From a virus, in IMG/VR virus record IMGVR_UViG_3300012147_000006, positions 78,156 to 142,155 of that record: a stretch of 64,000 bases of DNA; one strand, given 5' to 3'. Positions 59,924-64,000 of this stretch are shown one piece after another. The translations under genes were made by a program, and so were the position numbers. How positions within the stretch are numbered: position 1 is the stretch's first letter; every line of letters begins with the position of its first letter. Below the pieces are notes generated by a model. That model saw nothing but the letters and a program-made list of their open reading frames with translations. It ran no database searches and was not told where the DNA came from.

Positions 59924-60732
59924 CTTTTTGACAAAGTAACTGGAGTCAATTTGTAATATTTACCATCTGATGTTTTAATTACTTTAGCGCCACCTTTTAT
60001 ATTAACATTTTCATAAGTAAGCTTGTTCTTGCTTTTTTCAGTGTATTCACTCAATACTTCAGAAATGGTTTGTTTCGCAATTTCCTGCATCATTTGTTGC
60101 ATGTTCTCAAAATTAAATTGAGATTGCTGTGGAGTTTGGTTTTGAGCTGTACTATTGACAGCGTATTGTAAATATTCTGAAGATTGTTGCTGCGGCTGAG
60201 CTTGTTCTTGCATTCTTTTTTGCTGCATCATAGCTACTGGGTCAAACACTGGCCCAGCTGCTTGAGTAGGCATTGACAATTCTGGTTGAGTAGTTGCCAT
60301 GTTAGCGTTTGTTTGTTGAGCTAACGCTGGTTGTTGGGGTGCTCCATATGAGCCTACATCATTACCTCCACCATACATAGCTTCCATAGCTGTAAACTCA
60401 TTTGAATTTACCGCTCCTCCTCCAAAGTTTTGTTGAACTGCCACCGCTTTACTTGGGTCGCTAAGTTTATTTCCAGGGTGATTTGGGTTTTTTTTCATCT
60501 TTGGTTCTGGAATTCCCTGAAACCCACCTTGGCCTTGTACGCTTGATGACTTGACAAGGTTTTGAACCACTTGTCTGTTAGCTCCACTTTTAAGAGCAGC
60601 AAGTCTTGCGTGCTTGTCTTGATTTGATGCAGTTACTGGCACTGCTGTAGAAACCCCTTCATTCATTTGAGTGATAGGCATTGGTATTCCCATTTTTTTG
60701 GCTCTTGCCATTTTTTGTTCTAATGCTGTCAT
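59920..60732 (-). CDS. Gln-rich low-complexity protein
   Basis: ORF composition. Confidence 0.7.
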   Translation of the reverse strand: MTALEQKMARAKKMGIPMPITQMNEGVSTAVPVTASNQDKHARLAALKSGANRQVVQNLVKSSSVQGQGGFQGIPEPKMKKNPNHPGNKLSDPSKAVAVQQNFGGGAVNSNEFTAMEAMYGGGNDVGSYGAPQQPALAQQTNANMATTQPELSMPTQAAGPVFDPVAMMQQKRMQEQAQPQQQSSEYLQYAVNSTAQNQTPQQSQFNFENMQQMMQEIAKQTISEVLSEYTEKSKNKLTYENVNIKGGAKVIKTSDGKYYKLTPVTLSKS

Positions 60733-60736
60733 AATA

Positions 60737-61204
60737 TTAATCGCTTATTTCATCTTCGTTTTCGTCTTCATCCTCTTCGTCTTCTGCACTAATCTTTTTA
60801 AACTTGATACTCTCCGCTCTCGTTAAGTCTCTGATATTAGATATTTCGAAGTCGTGAAGAAAATTGAATCTTAAAAATTTAGTAATTTCTTCTGGATTTC
60901 TGTCCAAGTCATTAGTGGCCTCTACATCAACCTCTTCTTTGTTAAATATTCTTAAAAATAATTCATATTCATCCTTGGTCATTTCTGCCTTGATTGTTAG
61001 CACACGCTTATCTCTTCCAAATTTTCTAAACTTAACGCCTCTACCTATCATTTCAAAGACCATATCTTTAAAGTCTATGTAGCTAACTTGTTCTATTTCT
61101 GAATATTTAATCCAATCTCCATAAAACTCTTCAAACCTATTCGTAGAATACATATAATGCAAGTCTATCAATATTGGGGTTGTGTTTTTTCTATTTTTTA
61201 CCAT
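60737..61204 (-). CDS. hypothetical protein
   Basis: ORF. Confidence 0.65.
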   Translation of the reverse strand: MVKNRKNTTPILIDLHYMYSTNRFEEFYGDWIKYSEIEQVSYIDFKDMVFEMIGRGVKFRKFGRDKRVLTIKAEMTKDEYELFLRIFNKEEVDVEATNDLDRNPEEITKFLRFNFLHDFEISNIRDLTRAESIKFKKISAEDEEDEDENEDEISD

Positions 61205-61481
61205 AATTTAAAATAACTACTTCGTTTTCGTTTACATCCCACCAAGCATAAAGCTCTTCGTTTCTTTTGGGGTGTATAAAAAACAGTTTATCAATTTCTT
61301 TTTTATACGAGGTCTTTTTGAATCTATTCTTCAATTTATCTACTTGAGATTGAATGTATTCGTCATCACTTTTAATATTAAGCAACTCTTTTTTGGATTC
61401 TCTTAAATCTTTTGTAAACCACTGAAGCATTAGCTTCCTGTGGCGACTTTGATTATCCATTATTTGCTTGATAGTGTGCAT
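61191..61481 (-). CDS. hypothetical protein
   Basis: ORF. Confidence 0.6.
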   Translation of the reverse strand: MHTIKQIMDNQSRHRKLMLQWFTKDLRESKKELLNIKSDDEYIQSQVDKLKNRFKKTSYKKEIDKLFFIHPKRNEELYAWWDVNENEVVILNYGKK

Positions 61482-61525
61482 AAGCCTTATTGAAATATAA
61501 TATATAGCTAATCTAAATTAAATAG

Positions 61526-62191
61526 TTACGCTGCAGGAATTTCTTCTGCTCCTCCCATTTCTGGTTCAGCAGGCATCTCTGCTGATGGTTCAGCTTGCAT
61601 TTCTGGCTCTGCCGTTTCTTGGCCTGGTTGGATTGTCAACTTCTCTCTCCAATCTTTTTGCCAAGCATCATAATGGTTATAAAGTTTTTCTAACAAACGC
61701 TTATTGCCTTGCTCAACAACTAAGTCTTCTGTAGAAATGGTTAACCCATTTTTAAGAGAATAAGCAAATTTAACATTTCCTTTGTTTCCCATTTCAATTG
61801 CGCCTGATGCCCCAGCTTCAATACCTTCTGGTCCAATCCACATTTTAAGAGAATAACCATTTGATTGTGCGTCAAACACAACAGAGGCACCATCAATTTC
61901 TTGAAGCATTTCTTCGAACGAGTCCTCGAACTCAGTTATTTCTATAGAATTTATTTGAGGAATACCGCTTTCATAGTTTTCTCTAATTGTGATTGGCTGT
62001 GGAATACCGTTTTTGTCTGGCTTATTTCCACCATAAAACATGTTGTATTCTATTTCATCCTCAGAAAGACCTTTTGGTTTAAAGATTCTGTTTTTTTGGT
62101 CCTCTTTTTCCTTAGAGCTACTTCTAAGTGTTTCGAAAGCAAGAGCGCTAACTTCTTGCCTTATCATTTCTAATAATTCTTCTTTGTTCAT
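61526..62191 (-). CDS. putative virion protein
   Basis: LLEMIRQEV N-terminus; AEP repeats. Confidence 0.6.
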   Translation of the reverse strand: MNKEELLEMIRQEVSALAFETLRSSSKEKEDQKNRIFKPKGLSEDEIEYNMFYGGNKPDKNGIPQPITIRENYESGIPQINSIEITEFEDSFEEMLQEIDGASVVFDAQSNGYSLKMWIGPEGIEAGASGAIEMGNKGNVKFAYSLKNGLTISTEDLVVEQGNKRLLEKLYNHYDAWQKDWREKLTIQPGQETAEPEMQAEPSAEMPAEPEMGGAEEIPAA

Positions 62192-62195
62192 ATCT

Positions 62196-62408
62196 TTAAA
62201 TTTGACTCATCCACATACCTTTTTTCTCCCACATCCACTTGTGGTAAGAAAGCATGGTTTTTTTAATAATTTCTTTTACTTCCTTTTCGGTCATAAAGTT
62301 TTTAACCTCTTCCTTGGCTATTTTCTTAACCTCAGCTTTATCTGGAACGCTGGTCATGTGACTCTTTAAAACGCTCTTTACAATATCTCTTACTTCCTTT
62401 TCAGTCAT
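62196..62408 (-). CDS. small protein with repeated MTEKEVxxI helix
   Basis: internal repeat. Confidence 0.6.
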   Translation of the reverse strand: MTEKEVRDIVKSVLKSHMTSVPDKAEVKKIAKEEVKNFMTEKEVKEIIKKTMLSYHKWMWEKKGMWMSQI

Positions 62409-62410
62409 TG

Positions 62411-63319
62411 TTATCCGTTTACTTTTTCTTTAACTCTATTGAGAACTTCAAACACTCTGTGGTCTGGATACATATCTCGCTTGTCTTTACGAACATTTGT
62501 ATGTGTCCATATTCCAGGAGTTTTATCTTTTACAAGAACCTCATTATACTCTGCCCAATCTCTATCAAAATTTATATTCTGAACTGGTATTTTATATTCA
62601 CCAATAATCCAGACAAGCAACCTCTCAAGAGATTCCATTTGTTTATCAGAAGCCATGTGGTAGTATTTCTTACCTCTCCATTCTTCATCAAGAGTGTAAA
62701 CTTCTTCAACAGGAACCTCGGTTCCATAATAGTTATAGAATTTATCTCCTTTTTTATCAAGCCCTCCCCATGCGCAAATCTCAATACCTATTGAGTGCTT
62801 CTCTATTTTTCCCTTAGTTCCTTTTACTCCAAGGTGATAGCTCCAGTAGTCTGGATTATGAGCTTCAAATATCTTTCCATCTTCAAGACCTCTACCATTC
62901 ATTACATATGCGGTAGCGACTCTTGGAGAATTCCCGTCCCAATATTTAATCACCTTTCTTGCATCAGGACCACCAACTGTATAGTGTATAAATATTTTAT
63001 CCTTATCAAAAACTTGCTTCATATATTGTTCAGAGCCCATGTGGTGTTCTGAGTCAACAATGAGTTCTCCATAATTTTTTGCCACAATAAAACTGCTTCT
63101 CTCTTCTTTTGCTGTTCTTTTCTGAGCAGCCTTCAATGCTGAAAAAGTTTGTTCTCCAGCAATCCCGTCAACTAAGAGTCTATACTTTTTTTGAAAGGCT
63201 TTCAATGACCTTACGGTCTTATTCCCGAAGTCTCCATCAATAACCAAATCATACCCAAGCATTGAGAGATATTTTTGCAGCTGCGACACTTCTTTTCCTT
63301 TATCTCCTAATGTTATCAT
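62411..63319 (-). CDS. endolysin: PG-binding domain plus N-acetylmuramoyl-L-alanine amidase
   Basis: V..LQ..L..DGDFG..T..FQ..DGIAG; HYT, SIGIEI, H..VR.DK.D..P; start MITLG. Confidence 0.88.
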   Translation of the reverse strand: MITLGDKGKEVSQLQKYLSMLGYDLVIDGDFGNKTVRSLKAFQKKYRLLVDGIAGEQTFSALKAAQKRTAKEERSSFIVAKNYGELIVDSEHHMGSEQYMKQVFDKDKIFIHYTVGGPDARKVIKYWDGNSPRVATAYVMNGRGLEDGKIFEAHNPDYWSYHLGVKGTKGKIEKHSIGIEICAWGGLDKKGDKFYNYYGTEVPVEEVYTLDEEWRGKKYYHMASDKQMESLERLLVWIIGEYKIPVQNINFDRDWAEYNEVLVKDKTPGIWTHTNVRKDKRDMYPDHRVFEVLNRVKEKVNG

Positions 63320-63449
63320 AATAATTTTCTTATAAATAGGCAATAAAATTCGTTTCTAAACTTAGAAAAATAGGCTATTTATAATAAAAATAGAACATTT
63401 TTTAATTAATATCGTATAAGAAGATAGAACCAATAAAAAAATAGAAATT

Positions 63450-63803
63450 ATGAAAAGTATTGAAAACGATATTCTTGACCAAGTTGAATTAGAAGGATTA
63501 ACTGCAGAGCAAGTAGACTCAATGTCAAATTTTGAAATTAAAGAATTTCAAAGAAGCGAGAGTAATGATAAAATTAATTCACAAAAAAAGAAAGTTGAAT
63601 TTGCATTAGTTAGCGCTTTGTTTTTTTTACTATGTGCATCATTCCTTTATGCTAATCCGATTTTAAGTGCTTATATCTCAATCGCCCCTTTAGTTGTATC
63701 AATTGCATTCTCTATTAAGGCTGGAGTTTCTCATGAAAACCTTAAATTAGAAAGAGCGAGCAGAAGCATGCTTGAATCTTTTTACGAAGATAACGAATTA
63801 TAA
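63450..63803 (+). CDS. two-TM membrane protein
   Basis: E2 promoter 63391-63419. Confidence 0.65.
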   Translation: MKSIENDILDQVELEGLTAEQVDSMSNFEIKEFQRSESNDKINSQKKKVEFALVSALFFLLCASFLYANPILSAYISIAPLVVSIAFSIKAGVSHENLKLERASRSMLESFYEDNEL

Positions 63804-63820
63804 TATTTATCCTAAAAACA

Positions 63821-63855
63821 AAAAAAGGGTCTCAAATTATTGAGACCCTTTTTTT
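63821..63855. terminator. bidirectional terminator
   Basis: AAAAAAGGGTCTCAA/TTGAGACCCTTTTTT. Confidence 0.8.
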
Positions 63856-63873
63856 ATAAGTTATTTTTTCTGA

Positions 63874-64000
63874 TTACTCTCCAGCTCCAGTTCCACCGAA
63901 TGAACCACCTTTGTTAAGCCCAAGGCCTGCCCAGTTTATATCTCCAGAAGCTCTGTAGTTCATAAGTTGAGTCTCTTTGTCTAAACCTGGCTTACCTTCG
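63874..64000 (-). CDS. 3-prime end of a gene cut by the window edge
   Basis: ...WAGLGLNKGGSFGGTGAGE*. Confidence 0.5.
   Translation of the reverse strand, partial: EGKPGLDKETQLMNYRASGDINWAGLGLNKGGSFGGTGAGE

Overview
AT-rich, densely coding segment of a large (jumbo-type) tailed-phage genome. The host is inferred to be Bacteroidota from TTTG-N19/20-TAnnTTTG promoters, absence of SD motifs, and Bacteroidota-like NadD/NadE/IF3/DUF4494. Layout: (1) 1-5.3 kb is a block of small genes, most with their own copy of a 28-bp ECF-sigma-like promoter (12 copies), plus a strand-polarised 9-mer (GGGAGAGTT x7). (2) 5.3-6.05 kb is a repeat-rich non-coding island. (3) 6.07-8.24 kb is a translationally coupled tandem array of 10 diverse small proteins sharing a C-terminal basic-[HY]C motif, with 3 more members elsewhere. 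(4) Metabolic genes: adk, folA, dNMP kinase, a thyA split into two ORFs by a GIY-YIG gene with no visible intron or intein, and a pncB-nudF-nadD-nadE NAD+ salvage operon. (5) tRNA/RNA-handling genes (CCA-type nucleotidyltransferase, HD-kinase, IF3) and five free-standing homing endonucleases. (6) Many putative late/virion genes preceded by TATTTAT and carrying a shared N-terminal helix, a truncated tail-fibre/sulfotransferase junction, and an amidase endolysin. No tRNA, rRNA or CRISPR array was seen. About 8 homopolymer frameshifts and 2 in-frame stops suggest assembly errors or gene decay. All family assignments come from motif recognition by eye, not database searches.
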